A stretch of 64,000 bases of DNA from Rikenellaceae bacterium (GTDB lineage: Bacteria; Bacteroidota; Bacteroidia; Bacteroidales; Rikenellaceae), in NCBI GenBank assembly GCA_017415005.1, contig JAFQJK010000015.1, positions 40,084 to 104,083 of the forward strand. The letters run 5' to 3'. The notes under the pieces were generated by a model. The model saw nothing but the letters and a program-made list of their open reading frames with translations. It had not been told where the DNA came from and did not search any database. Position numbers and translations under genes: made by a program. Of this stretch, positions 10,000 through 20,204 are shown piece after piece (position 1 is the first letter of the stretch; each line of letters begins with the position of its first letter).

Positions 10000-11121
10000 T
10001 TATGACTTTTTTACCGGATTATAAAACGAGTCGCGCTCGACGGGGCGGTATCCGGCGGCCCGCACCATTTCCTGCATCTCGGCAGTCGTCATGCGGGGTG
10101 CGGTGTCCTCTGCCCCGGCCATCGAGTAGATTTTGGTGCTGTCGTCGATCGTCCCGTCGATGTCGTCCGCGCCGAACGCCAGTGCCAGCGCCGTCGTGTC
10201 CTTGCCGTACATCGGCCAGTAGGCTTTGACATGGGCGAAGTTGTCGAGGAAGATACGGGCTATGGCCAGCGTGCGCATATCTTCGACGATGCTCACCTCG
10301 CCGATCTCCGACATCGGGTTGTTCAGGTTCCGGTATTTGAGCGGAATGAAGGCGTTGAACCCGCCCGTCTCGTCCTGCAGCGTCCTGAGCCGGTCGAGGT
10401 GGTCGATCCGGTGGCGCCACTCCTCGACGTGCCCGTAGAGCATCGTCGCGTTGGTCTGGATGCCGAGCCCGTGCGCCTCGCGGTGAACGGCGAGCCATTG
10501 TGCCGTGCTTCCTTTCTCGGGGCAGATCCGGCTGCGGACCTCTTCGTCGAATATCTCGGCCCCGCCGCCCGGCATGGTCTCCATTCCGGCCTCTTTCAGC
10601 CGGACCAGTCCCTCGCGCAGCGGGAGCCCGGCCTTGTCGATCATGTAGGCCAGCTCGATGGCCGTGAACGCCTTGACCACGGCATCCGGCAGGATCGCCT
10701 TGACGCGCCGGATCATTTCGATGTAGTAGTCGAGGTCGTGGTGGGGGTGTACGCCGCCCACGATATGCACCTCGGTCACCCCGCTTCCGACGTATCCGCG
10801 GGCGATCCCCTCGATCTCGTCGAGCGAGTATTCCCAGGCCTCGGGCGACGACGCGGGCCGTCGGTACGAGCAGAACCGGCAGTTGAACAGGCAGATGTTC
10901 GTCGGTTCGATGTGGAAATTCCGGTTGTAGTATACGTCGCGCCCGCTCTTGCGCTCTTTGATCGTGGTGGCCAGCAGGCCGAGCAGTGCGAGCGGAGCCT
11001 CTGAGGCCAGCACGGTCGCTTCTCCCGTTGTGATCCGCTCCCCGCCGAGCGCCTTGCGGGCGATCTCGCCGACCGTTCTGTGTAGGCTTCCTATCGTGAT
11101 ATCCAGTATGTTATCTTTCAT
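10000..11121 (-). CDS. radical SAM enzyme of the MqnE/MqnC/CofH family (futalosine-pathway type)
   Basis: 373 aa. CxxxCxxC cluster NICLFNCRFCSY and the conserved C-terminal half typical of aminofutalosine synthase or dehypoxanthine-futalosine cyclase. The subfamily cannot be resolved by eye. Confidence 0.8.
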   Translation of the reverse strand: MKDNILDITIGSLHRTVGEIARKALGGERITTGEATVLASEAPLALLGLLATTIKERKSGRDVYYNRNFHIEPTNICLFNCRFCSYRRPASSPEAWEYSLDEIEGIARGYVGSGVTEVHIVGGVHPHHDLDYYIEMIRRVKAILPDAVVKAFTAIELAYMIDKAGLPLREGLVRLKEAGMETMPGGGAEIFDEEVRSRICPEKGSTAQWLAVHREAHGLGIQTNATMLYGHVEEWRHRIDHLDRLRTLQDETGGFNAFIPLKYRNLNNPMSEIGEVSIVEDMRTLAIARIFLDNFAHVKAYWPMYGKDTTALALAFGADDIDGTIDDSTKIYSMAGAEDTAPRMTTAEMQEMVRAAGYRPVERDSFYNPVKKS

Positions 11122-11162
11122 GTTTATTGCGCAGGTTTGTGTCGGCGAACCTTCAAAAATAC

Positions 11163-11189
11163 GAAAAAAGGCTGCAAATCCTGCAGCCT
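11163..11189 (-). terminator. intrinsic terminator after rpmH
   Basis: 8-bp stem aggctgca (11169-11176) pairs with tgcagcct (11182-11189). On the minus strand it is followed by a T-run (complement of aaaaaa at 11164-11169). Confidence 0.7.
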
Positions 11190-11211
11190 TGTTCTTATCT
11201 TTCCGGGAAAG

Positions 11212-11367
11212 CTATTTTGCGCGGGCCTCGTCCGAAACGGTCAGCTTCTTGCGGCCTTTGGCGCGACGTGCGGCCAGCACCTTGCGGCCGTTCGCGGTCG
11301 ACATTCTTTCACGGAAGCCGTGCTTGTTTATTCTCTTTTTCTGCGAGGGTTGAAAGGTCCTTTTCAT
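11212..11367 (-). CDS. rpmH: 50S ribosomal protein L34
   Basis: Not in the ORF track (51 aa). Manual translation gives [51 protein letters not shown], with the canonical L34 N-terminus MKRTFQPS. Confidence 0.93.
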   Translation of the reverse strand: MKRTFQPSQKKRINKHGFRERMSTANGRKVLAARRAKGRKKLTVSDEARAK

Positions 11368-11448
11368 GGTACGTTAAGCTATTTTGTTATTTCTTACTAT
11401 TTCACAGCGGACTGCAAAGGTAAAATAAATTTGTCGTTTCCAAAAATT

Positions 11449-12072
11449 TTACCTCTTTTTTATGTATACGACACGCTTCGTGTCAAAGAATTCGTCAGAG
11501 AAATCGCGGCCGATGTCGAACAGCCTGTAATCCTTTCCCGTCTCGCCGAGCTCGTCGTCCAGGTCGCCGCCTTTGAGGTAGAGGATACCGTTCGGGAGCG
11601 TTCCGGTCTGTCCGGGCCTGATCTTGTCCCAGACCCAGGGGATGAATGCCGCCATCCGCGTCACGGCCCGGCTCACCACATAGTCGACCGGTCCCTCGGC
11701 CTGTTCGGCCCGGATGTTGAGTCCCCGTGCGTTTTCCAGCCCGAGCTTTTCGATCAGGTCGTTCACTACCCTGATCTTCTTGCCGATCGAGTCGACCAGG
11801 GTGAAGTCCGCCTCCGGGAACAGGATGGCGAGCGGGATGCCCGGGAATCCCCCACCGCACCCTACGTCGAGGATACGTGCCCCGACGTCAAACCGGCAGA
11901 CGCGGGCAATGGCCAGCGAGTGCAGCACATGCCGCGTGTAGAAGGCCTCCGTATCCTTGCGCGAGATGAGGTTGATCCGCTCGTTCCAGTCGAGCAGCAA
12001 CGGTCCCAGTCCGGCCAGCTGCGCGCGCTGCCGCGCCGTGAGGTCGGGGAAGTATCGCTCAATCGTTTCCAT
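11449..12072 (-). CDS. rsmG: 16S rRNA (guanine527-N7)-methyltransferase
   Basis: 207 aa. SAM-binding motif ILDVGCGGGFPGIPLAI and GidB/RsmG collinearity. The start overlaps the stop of the upstream sigma gene by 14 nt. Confidence 0.9.
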   Translation of the reverse strand: METIERYFPDLTARQRAQLAGLGPLLLDWNERINLISRKDTEAFYTRHVLHSLAIARVCRFDVGARILDVGCGGGFPGIPLAILFPEADFTLVDSIGKKIRVVNDLIEKLGLENARGLNIRAEQAEGPVDYVVSRAVTRMAAFIPWVWDKIRPGQTGTLPNGILYLKGGDLDDELGETGKDYRLFDIGRDFSDEFFDTKRVVYIKKR

Positions 12073-12658
12073 GTCTGTTTCCCTGGGTGCCCACGAGCAT
12101 GTTGCAGAGCTGCTCCCGTGCGCGGTGTATCTGGGTTTTTACGGTTCCGAGCGGCAGCCGGAGCTGCTCGGCGATCTCCTCGTACGAGAACTCCTTGATA
12201 AAACGCAGGTCGATCAACGTGCGGTATTTCGGGGCCATGCGCTCCATGCAGGCTTTGAGCTGCGCGCCGGTCTGGTCGTTGATCATCAGCTCCTCGGGCG
12301 TCGGGAGTGCCGAGACGGGCATGTTGGCCGGCGAGCCGGAGGCTGCCTGGTCGATCGACACGAGGTTGTCGCGCAGCTTGCGGGTGTAGTCGATGAACGT
12401 CCTGTGCGCGATCGTGTAGACCCATTGCCCGAACGTGTAGTCCGGATTGTACTTGTGCAGGTGGACGAATACCTTGATGAAGGTCTCCTGCAGCAGGTCG
12501 TGGGCGTCGTCGCTGTTGCCGCTCGTCCGTTGGATATAGAGCTGGTATATGGCGGCGCGGTAGCGGTTGAACAGCTGTTCGAACGCCACGGGATCGCCTT
12601 CGAGCGCCCGTCCGATCAGTTGCTGGTCGGTTGCGCCTATGTATTTTTCTATCTCCAT
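12059..12658 (-). CDS. sigma-70 family (ECF-type) RNA polymerase sigma factor
   Basis: Track ORF trimmed to the ATG at 12656-12658 (MEIEKYIGATDQQLIG). Region 2 (DDAHDLLQETFIKVFVHLHKY) and region 4 HTH (SYEEIAEQLRLPLGTVKTQIHRAR). It overlaps the upstream gene by 10 nt. Confidence 0.85.
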   Translation of the reverse strand: MEIEKYIGATDQQLIGRALEGDPVAFEQLFNRYRAAIYQLYIQRTSGNSDDAHDLLQETFIKVFVHLHKYNPDYTFGQWVYTIAHRTFIDYTRKLRDNLVSIDQAASGSPANMPVSALPTPEELMINDQTGAQLKACMERMAPKYRTLIDLRFIKEFSYEEIAEQLRLPLGTVKTQIHRAREQLCNMLVGTQGNRHGND

Positions 12659-13833
12659 ATTCCTTTGGCGGGTCTGAGGTTGCGGCCGATCCACAGGCTG
12701 CATTCGATGAGCGGGCCCGCGAGGTCGTAGATCAGCACGGGCCAGAACAGGCCCCCCTCGCCGAGTCGCTTGCGGATGCGCCACATCTCGAGCTCGACGA
12801 TGAGTATCTGCAGTGCGGCGAGCGCCGCTGCGCCGATCCTGATCTCCGGCGGGGCCAGCGCCATCAGCAGGATCGCCGCCGTGAAGAACGCCGCGCGGCT
12901 CAGCAGCTCCCAGCGGATGTTGTTCTTGATCCCGGCGGGGTAGAACTTATAGCTGTACGTCCGGAACTTACGCTGCCGGCGCCACCATCCGAGGCCGCCC
13001 TGCCGGTCTTCGCGCACGGTGGCGTTGGGGCTGAGGATAATGCTGGTGTTGTATCGCGTGGCGATACGCTGTACGAACAGGTCGTCCTCGCCGATGTTCA
13101 TGTTCAGGTAGTTGAATCCCCGGGCGCCGAAGTAGAGGCTTTTCGTATAGCCCAGGCTGTTGCGCGACCCGGCATACGGCACGCCCCGGATCGCCGATGC
13201 AATGGCGCGCACCGCGCTCCATAGCTGGCTTGTGCGCATCATGCCTCCGGCGAGTCCTTTGGTCCGTTCGATGCCGCAGTAGCCGATCACCACGTCGCCC
13301 GAGCAGAAGCCGCGCGCCATGAGGGCGAGCCATTGCCGCGACGCCGGCCGTGCTGCGGTGGTGGTCAGCAGCAGGTGCTCGTGCCGGGCGGCCTTGATCC
13401 CGACGTTGAGGGCCAGTTTGTTGTTCAGCTCGGCATTGGCGGGCCGTGTCAGCCGGGTGGTGCGCAGGTGCGGGTGCCGGGCGGCCAGCGCGGCCAGCTG
13501 GTCGTCGAACTCTTCTGAGGTGTCGACCGCAACGAGGACCACCTCGAATGTGTCGTACTCCTGTCCGAGCAGCTCCGGGAGCGTCTGCTCGAGGAAGAGA
13601 TAATCCTCTTCGACCACGGCTATGACCGATACGGGGGGCGATGTCGCAGCCCCGACCGGCTTGCGGCTGCGGTACGAGGCGATGCGTCCGTAGACACGCA
13701 CGTAGTACCAGAGCTGTACGCCGAACAGGAGCAGTGCCACGGCCATCAGCCATCGTTCTCCTGTCGAATAATTGATAATCAGTTTATTGTATGCCGAATC
13801 GAACCACTCCACACCAAGCCGGATTTCCCGCAA
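12649..13833 (-). CDS. family 2-like glycosyltransferase, membrane-anchored
   Basis: 394 aa. N-terminal TM, a GT-A-like core (VSVIAVVEEDYLFLEQTLPELLGQEYDTFEVVLV and GEDDLF as a DxD-like motif), and C-terminal TM segments. Confidence 0.7.
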   Translation of the reverse strand: MREIRLGVEWFDSAYNKLIINYSTGERWLMAVALLLFGVQLWYYVRVYGRIASYRSRKPVGAATSPPVSVIAVVEEDYLFLEQTLPELLGQEYDTFEVVLVAVDTSEEFDDQLAALAARHPHLRTTRLTRPANAELNNKLALNVGIKAARHEHLLLTTTAARPASRQWLALMARGFCSGDVVIGYCGIERTKGLAGGMMRTSQLWSAVRAIASAIRGVPYAGSRNSLGYTKSLYFGARGFNYLNMNIGEDDLFVQRIATRYNTSIILSPNATVREDRQGGLGWWRRQRKFRTYSYKFYPAGIKNNIRWELLSRAAFFTAAILLMALAPPEIRIGAAALAALQILIVELEMWRIRKRLGEGGLFWPVLIYDLAGPLIECSLWIGRNLRPAKGIWR

Positions 13834-13882
13834 AGCTACGTGATTTTCAGCGAATGCCCAAGCGGGTTCGGTAAAAAAACAC

Positions 13883-13890
13883 TATCTTTG
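13883..13890 (+). promoter_or_regulatory. candidate Bacteroidota -7 promoter box (TATCTTTG) for tgt
   Basis: Exact match to the Bacteroides primary-sigma -7 consensus TAnnTTTG, 17 nt upstream of the tgt ATG. Confidence 0.45.
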
Positions 13891-13907
13891 TCGCCTGACT
13901 CTGCCTT

Positions 13908-15038
<1,131 letters not shown>

Positions 15039-15054
15039 TTAATACGCGAAGACG

Positions 15055-16158
15055 ATGAAGATCAAATTCCCTGGCGTCAGGATCCTCGACCGCTACATCA
15101 TGGGTAAGTTCATCGGGACTTACTTCTTTGCCATCATGCTGATCATCGTGGTGGTGGTGATCTTCGACGCCGCCGAGAAGGTCGACGACTTTATCGAGAA
15201 CAAGGCGCCGCTCAGTGCGATCGCCTTCCAGTACTACATGAACTTCATCCCGTTCTTCATCAACCAGTTCAGCGGGCTGTTCACGTTCATCGCGGTGATT
15301 TTCTTTACGTCCAAGATGGCCTACAACACCGAGATCATCGCCATCCTGTCGAGCGGCGTGAGCTTCCGCCGGCTGATGTGGCCGTACTTCCTTTCGGCGC
15401 TGGGCATTACGCTGCTCAGTCTGTCGCTCAACCTGTTCGTCATCCCGGCCGCCAATGCCCGCCGGCTGCACTTCGAGACGCGCTATTTCGACCGGATGAA
15501 GAACGTCAAGTATGACCAGCATATCTACCGCCAGCTCTATCCCGGCACGTTCGTCTATATCCGCGACTATACCGACGAGAACCACAGCGCCAGCTTCTTC
15601 TCGATCAAGCGCTACGAGGACGGCCTGCTGGCCGAGAGCCTCGATGCGGGCAACGTGCGCTTCGATCCCGAGACGCAGCGCTGGACGGCTAAGGAATATA
15701 TCGTCCGCCGCTTCGATGCGGCCGGGGGCGAGCACTTCGAGCAGCGGACGCAGCTCGACACGCTGGTCAATCTCGAGGTGACCGAGCTGGGCAAGGTCGA
15801 AGAGCTGGTCAAGACGATGAACATCTTCGAGCTTTCCGATTTTATCGACCAACAGCGCGAGAAGGGCTCCGACATGATCTCCGTGTTCGAGGTCGAGAAG
15901 CACGGACGCTTCGCCTTTCCCGTGGCGACGTTCATCCTGACGCTGATCGGCGTCTCGCTCTCCGCCCGCAAGGTGCGCGGCGGCACGGGCCTCCATATCG
16001 GTATCGGTATCGGGCTTTGCTTCTCCTATATCCTGGTCAGCAAGTTCGCCGAGGAGTTTGCCAAGGGGGGTGTGTTGCCGGCTGCCATTTCGGTCTGGCT
16101 GCCCAATATCCTTTACCTTTTCATCGCACTCTACCTGTACAAGAAAGCTCCCAAATAG
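15055..16158 (+). CDS. LptF/LptG-family LPS export permease
   Basis: 367 aa. The YjgP/YjgQ pattern of three N-terminal TM helices, a periplasmic beta-jellyroll region and three C-terminal TM helices. Confidence 0.88.
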   Translation: MKIKFPGVRILDRYIMGKFIGTYFFAIMLIIVVVVIFDAAEKVDDFIENKAPLSAIAFQYYMNFIPFFINQFSGLFTFIAVIFFTSKMAYNTEIIAILSSGVSFRRLMWPYFLSALGITLLSLSLNLFVIPAANARRLHFETRYFDRMKNVKYDQHIYRQLYPGTFVYIRDYTDENHSASFFSIKRYEDGLLAESLDAGNVRFDPETQRWTAKEYIVRRFDAAGGEHFEQRTQLDTLVNLEVTELGKVEELVKTMNIFELSDFIDQQREKGSDMISVFEVEKHGRFAFPVATFILTLIGVSLSARKVRGGTGLHIGIGIGLCFSYILVSKFAEEFAKGGVLPAAISVWLPNILYLFIALYLYKKAPK

Positions 16159-16402
16159 GGCGCGTTCCCAGCGCTCAGGCCGGCTTCGGCGCCGCTCTCC
16201 CTCCCCGTTTCCCGACGGGCATCACTGCTGCCGCGGCCATCGTTCGCTGTCTCCCGTTTCCGGTCCTGTCGCTTGCTGCCATCATGTTGCGTTGCCCTCT
16301 CCCCGGATCCCGTACGGTTTGATTACTCTCCTGTACCATGCGACCGCCAATCCCTTCCCGGGTCTTTCGGGAGGGGTATGGGCACGGATGGCTACATTGT
16401 GG

Positions 16403-17080
16403 TTATTGGATGATGAGCCGCTCCTCCCGGAAACTGAAGCTGTCGGCGGTGGCGATAACGATGTGGTCGAGCACGACAATATTGAAGAGTGCGGCGGCCT
16501 TGACCAGTTTGTCGGTCAGGTACTTGTCCTCGTCGCTTGGCGCCGGATTCCCCGAGGGGTGGTTGTGGACCACGATGATGCCCGTGGCCAGTAGCTCGAT
16601 GGCGCGCTTGAGGATCAGCTTCGGGTCGACGACCGTACCGGTCACGCCGCCCTGGCTGATGCGGGTCCGGTCCAGGATACGGTTGCTGTTGTTCAGGTAG
16701 ATGGCCCAGAACTCTTCGTGACCGAGGTGCCCGATCAGCGGGCGGAACAGCTCGACCACGTCGGCACTGCTCCCGACCGTGTCCTGCCTCATCGACTCGT
16801 CGCTGCGCAGCCGGCGCCCCAGCTCCAGGGCCGAGGAGACCATTGCGGCGCGGGTCAGGCCGATCCCGTCGCCTGTCCTGAGCTGTTGCAGGGTTTGATG
16901 GGCCAGTCGTGAGAGGCTGCGTTCGTGGGTGTCGAGGAGCTGTTCGGCCATTTCGACGGCGCTCAGCTCACCGGCCCCATCGCGCATCACGATGCTGAGC
17001 AGCTCGGCGTCGGTCAGCGCGTCTACGCCCCTGGCGATCAGCTTCTCGCGTACCAGCTTGTCTTTGATGTGCTGTCCCAT
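16403..17080 (-). CDS. radC: RadC-family JAB-domain protein
   Basis: 225 aa. HhH N-terminus and the JAMM motif IIVVHNHPSGNPAPSDED. Confidence 0.92.
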   Translation of the reverse strand: MGQHIKDKLVREKLIARGVDALTDAELLSIVMRDGAGELSAVEMAEQLLDTHERSLSRLAHQTLQQLRTGDGIGLTRAAMVSSALELGRRLRSDESMRQDTVGSSADVVELFRPLIGHLGHEEFWAIYLNNSNRILDRTRISQGGVTGTVVDPKLILKRAIELLATGIIVVHNHPSGNPAPSDEDKYLTDKLVKAAALFNIVVLDHIVIATADSFSFREERLIIQ

Positions 17081-17086
17081 GGCGAG

Positions 17087-17857
17087 TTAGTGGATATTGT
17101 CGATCCGGTCCGATATGTAGTTCCGTGCTTCGTCGGGCAGGAGCTCCGCTGTGGCGGCTGCCGCGTGCTGCTCGGCCTCTTTCTTCGACTCGCCCTCCCC
17201 GGTGCCGTATGCCTGGCCCTCGATCGTCACGGTTGCCCGGAATCGGGGGGCCTGGGCTGTCGATCCGCCGCTCGGCACCGTGTGGAAGTGCACCGATTGC
17301 TTGTTCTTCTGGCACCACTCGATCAGCCGGCTCTTGAAGTCGGTCTCGTGCTCGATCAGGTCGTCGAGATTGATGTGTTGCGGGAATATCCGGTTTATTA
17401 TCAGTCGGTTTATGTAGTCATACCCTTTGTCCAGGTATATGGCGCCCACCATGGCCTCGAAGGCGTCGCCGTACAGGTGTTTCTGGGCATAGTTGCCGCC
17501 TGCCTGCGAGATGATGTATCGGTCGAGGCCGATATCGATCGAGAGCTGGTTGAGCGTATGCCGGCTGACGAGTTTCGAGCGCATCTGCGTGAGGAAACCT
17601 TCGTCCCGGTGCGGGAATTCGATGAACAGGAAGTCCGAGACGACCGATTCGAGGATCGCGTCGCCGAGGAACTCCAGCCGCTCGTTGTTGATCGGTGTTC
17701 CTCCGGGCAAAAAGAGCGAAGCTGACCTGTGTATAAGGGCCAGCTTGTAGAGCTCGATGTTGTTTGGATAGATACCGAATATGCGGTCCAGTGCCCGGTA
17801 GTACTCTTTGTCCTTGCCGAAGTTGAGCTTCAGCGGACGCAACAGGCATGCAAACAC
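17087..17857 (-). CDS. rnc: ribonuclease III
   Basis: RNase III signature ERLEFLGDAILESVVSDFLF and a C-terminal dsRBD (GEGESKKEAEQHAA). Confidence 0.93.
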   Translation of the reverse strand: MFACLLRPLKLNFGKDKEYYRALDRIFGIYPNNIELYKLALIHRSASLFLPGGTPINNERLEFLGDAILESVVSDFLFIEFPHRDEGFLTQMRSKLVSRHTLNQLSIDIGLDRYIISQAGGNYAQKHLYGDAFEAMVGAIYLDKGYDYINRLIINRIFPQHINLDDLIEHETDFKSRLIEWCQKNKQSVHFHTVPSGGSTAQAPRFRATVTIEGQAYGTGEGESKKEAEQHAAAATAELLPDEARNYISDRIDNIH

Positions 17858-17868
17858 GGTGTCCGGTT

Positions 17869-19116
17869 TTAGATCTTTTTGAAGATAACGGTCGAGTTAT
17901 GTCCTCCGAATCCGAACGTATTGCTGAGCGTGTAGTTCACCTCGCGGTGCTGTGCCTTGTTCAGCGTAAGGTTCAGTTTCGGGTCGATTTTCGGGTCGAG
18001 CGTCTCGACATTGATCGTCGGGGCGATCACGCCCTTGTCGATCGCCAGGATGCAGGCCAGCGCCTCGATGGCTCCGGCGGCGCCCAGCAGGTGGCCGGTC
18101 ATCGACTTGGTCGAGTTGATGTTCATCTTGTAGGCATGCTCGCCGAAAGTCGCGAGGATACCGTTGATCTCGGCGATATCGCCCACGGGGGTCGATGTGC
18201 CGTGCGTATTGATCAGGTCGATCTGGTCGGGGGTGATCCCGGCGTCTTTCATTGCGTCCTTCATTGCCTTCATCGCGCCCATTCCTTCGGGATGGGGTGC
18301 GGTCAGGTGGTGTGCGTCCGCGCTCATGCCGCCTCCGACGACCTCGGCGTAAATTTTCGCGCCGCGGGCTTTGGCGTGCTCGTATTCCTCGAGGACAAGC
18401 GATCCGCCGCCCTCGCCCAACACGAAGCCGTCGCGGTCCACGTCGAACGGGCGCGATGCCTTCTGGGGCTCGTCGTTGCGGGTCGAGAGGGCCTGCATTG
18501 AGTTGAAGCCACCCACTCCGGGAGGGTTGATCGCCGCTTCCGAGCCGCCGGTCACGATGATGTCCGCTTTGCCCCAGCGGATCAGGTTCATCGCGTCGAT
18601 CATGGCATGGTTCGACGACGCGCAGGCCGATACGGTGCAATAGTTGGGTCCCATGAACCCGTATTTCATTGAGATATGTCCGGCGGCGAGGTCGGCGATC
18701 ATCTTGGGGATGAAGAACGGGCTGTAACGGGGGACGAGTCCGCCCTCCACATAGCTTTTGACCTCCTCATAGAAAGTTTCCAGGCCGCCGATTCCCGAGC
18801 CCCAGATCACGCCCACCGATTCGAGGTCGGTCTTTTCGAGGTCGAGTCCCGAGTCCTTCACAGCCTGCTCGGCAGCGATCAGGGCATACTGCGTGAACAG
18901 GTCGTACTTACGGAGTTCCTTACGGTCGAAATAAGCTGTCGGGTCGTATCCTTTCAGCTCGCAGGCAAACTTTGTTTTGAAATTCGTGGCGTCAAAATGA
19001 GTAATGGGTCCCGCGCCGCTTACTCCCTTCTCAAGGTTCGAGAAATATTCTTCGACGTTGTTACCCAGTGGGTTAATAGTTCCTATGCCTGTTACTACAA
19101 CTCTTCTTTGTGCCAT
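17869..19116 (-). CDS. fabF: 3-oxoacyl-ACP synthase II
   Basis: Start trimmed to MAQRRVVVTGIGTINPLG (ATG at 19114-19116). Active-site Cys region TVSACASSNHA and conserved His motifs (HGTSTPVGD, GHLLGAAG). Confidence 0.95.
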   Translation of the reverse strand: MAQRRVVVTGIGTINPLGNNVEEYFSNLEKGVSGAGPITHFDATNFKTKFACELKGYDPTAYFDRKELRKYDLFTQYALIAAEQAVKDSGLDLEKTDLESVGVIWGSGIGGLETFYEEVKSYVEGGLVPRYSPFFIPKMIADLAAGHISMKYGFMGPNYCTVSACASSNHAMIDAMNLIRWGKADIIVTGGSEAAINPPGVGGFNSMQALSTRNDEPQKASRPFDVDRDGFVLGEGGGSLVLEEYEHAKARGAKIYAEVVGGGMSADAHHLTAPHPEGMGAMKAMKDAMKDAGITPDQIDLINTHGTSTPVGDIAEINGILATFGEHAYKMNINSTKSMTGHLLGAAGAIEALACILAIDKGVIAPTINVETLDPKIDPKLNLTLNKAQHREVNYTLSNTFGFGGHNSTVIFKKI

Positions 19117-19159
19117 AAACGGGAATTTGTGAGAATGAAACAAATTTTGCCTGAAAACA

Positions 19160-19220
19160 GGAAACTGTCTAAGACTTTATAGACCTTTCGGTTTATAATT
19201 ATAAAGTTTTAGACAGTTCC
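19160..19220 (-). promoter_or_regulatory. long stem-loop in the acpP-fabF spacer (partial terminator or processing site)
   Basis: Arms 19160-19180 and 19201-19220 are complementary over about 20 bp, with one bulge and one mismatch. The element sits between the acpP stop and the fabF start. Confidence 0.5.
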
Positions 19221-19234
19221 AAATGTAACCAAGA

Positions 19235-19468
19235 TTATTTCTTCGCTTCGATGTAAGTGATCGCGTCACCTACGGTGGTGATCTTTTCGGCGTCCTCGTC
19301 GGGAATCGAGATTTCGAATTCCTTCTCGAACTCCATGATCAGCTCAACGGTGTCGAGAGAGTCAGCGCCCAGGTCGTTGGTAAAACTTGCTGCGGGCACT
19401 ACTTCGGCTGCATCAACGCCCAGCTTGTCGACGATGATCTCGACAACTTTAGAAGAAACTTCTGACAT
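19235..19468 (-). CDS. acpP: acyl carrier protein
   Basis: 77 aa with the phosphopantetheine attachment motif [17 protein letters not shown]. Confidence 0.96.
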   Translation of the reverse strand: MSEVSSKVVEIIVDKLGVDAAEVVPAASFTNDLGADSLDTVELIMEFEKEFEISIPDEDAEKITTVGDAITYIEAKK

Positions 19469-19545
19469 GATTTCAATAGTTTAAGTTTAACATTCAAGTC
19501 CTATTTTCGATGAAAAATAACTTTCTTTGGAAAGTCAATTTTTGG

Positions 19546-19553
19546 CAAAAGTA
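19546..19553 (-). promoter_or_regulatory. candidate -7 box (TACTTTTG on the minus strand) for acpP-fabF
   Basis: caaaagta on the plus strand is TACTTTTG on the minus strand, matching TAnnTTTG about 78 nt upstream of the acpP ATG. Confidence 0.4.
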
Positions 19554-19632
19554 ATACATTTTCCATTATTTTTGACACTTCATTCGTTTTTTTCCGCCGC
19601 ATGGCGGCCGATTTAAGGATAAATCATTAATT

Positions 19633-20199
19633 ATGAAGAACATAGCTATCTTTGCCTCGGGATCGGGTACCAATGCCGAGAACATTATCCGCTACTTTGC
19701 CGGTTCCGGCCGCGTGCGGGTTTCGCTGCTGCTGTCCAACAGTCCGAAGGCCTATGCGCTCACGCGCGCCGAACAGCTGGGCGTTCCGACCGTGGTTTTC
19801 GACCGCGAGGAGTTTGGCTCCGGCAAGGTCGCAAATATTCTTGAACAAAACAAGGTCGATTACCTGGTGCTGGCCGGTTTTCTCTGGCTGGTGCCTGCCG
19901 GCCTGATCGCCGAATACCGCGGCCGGATCGTTAACATCCACCCGGCGCTGCTGCCCCGCCACGGTGGCAAGGGGATGTACGGCATGCGGGTCCACGAGGC
20001 TGTTGTGGCGGCCGGCGACCGCGAGTCGGGGATCACGATCCACCATGTCAATGAGGTTTATGACAGTGGCGACATTATTGCGCAGTACCGCGTAGCGGTC
20101 GATCCGGCCGATACGCCCGACGACGTGGCCCGCAAGGTCCACGAGCTTGAGTACCGCTATTTCCCGGCTGTCATCGAACAGGAACTTGCTAAACTGTAA
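19633..20199 (+). CDS. purN: phosphoribosylglycinamide formyltransferase
   Basis: 188 aa. IAIFASGSGTNAE and NIHPALLPRHGG motifs. Confidence 0.95.
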   Translation: MKNIAIFASGSGTNAENIIRYFAGSGRVRVSLLLSNSPKAYALTRAEQLGVPTVVFDREEFGSGKVANILEQNKVDYLVLAGFLWLVPAGLIAEYRGRIVNIHPALLPRHGGKGMYGMRVHEAVVAAGDRESGITIHHVNEVYDSGDIIAQYRVAVDPADTPDDVARKVHELEYRYFPAVIEQELAKL

Positions 20200-20204
20200 A
20201 TGAT

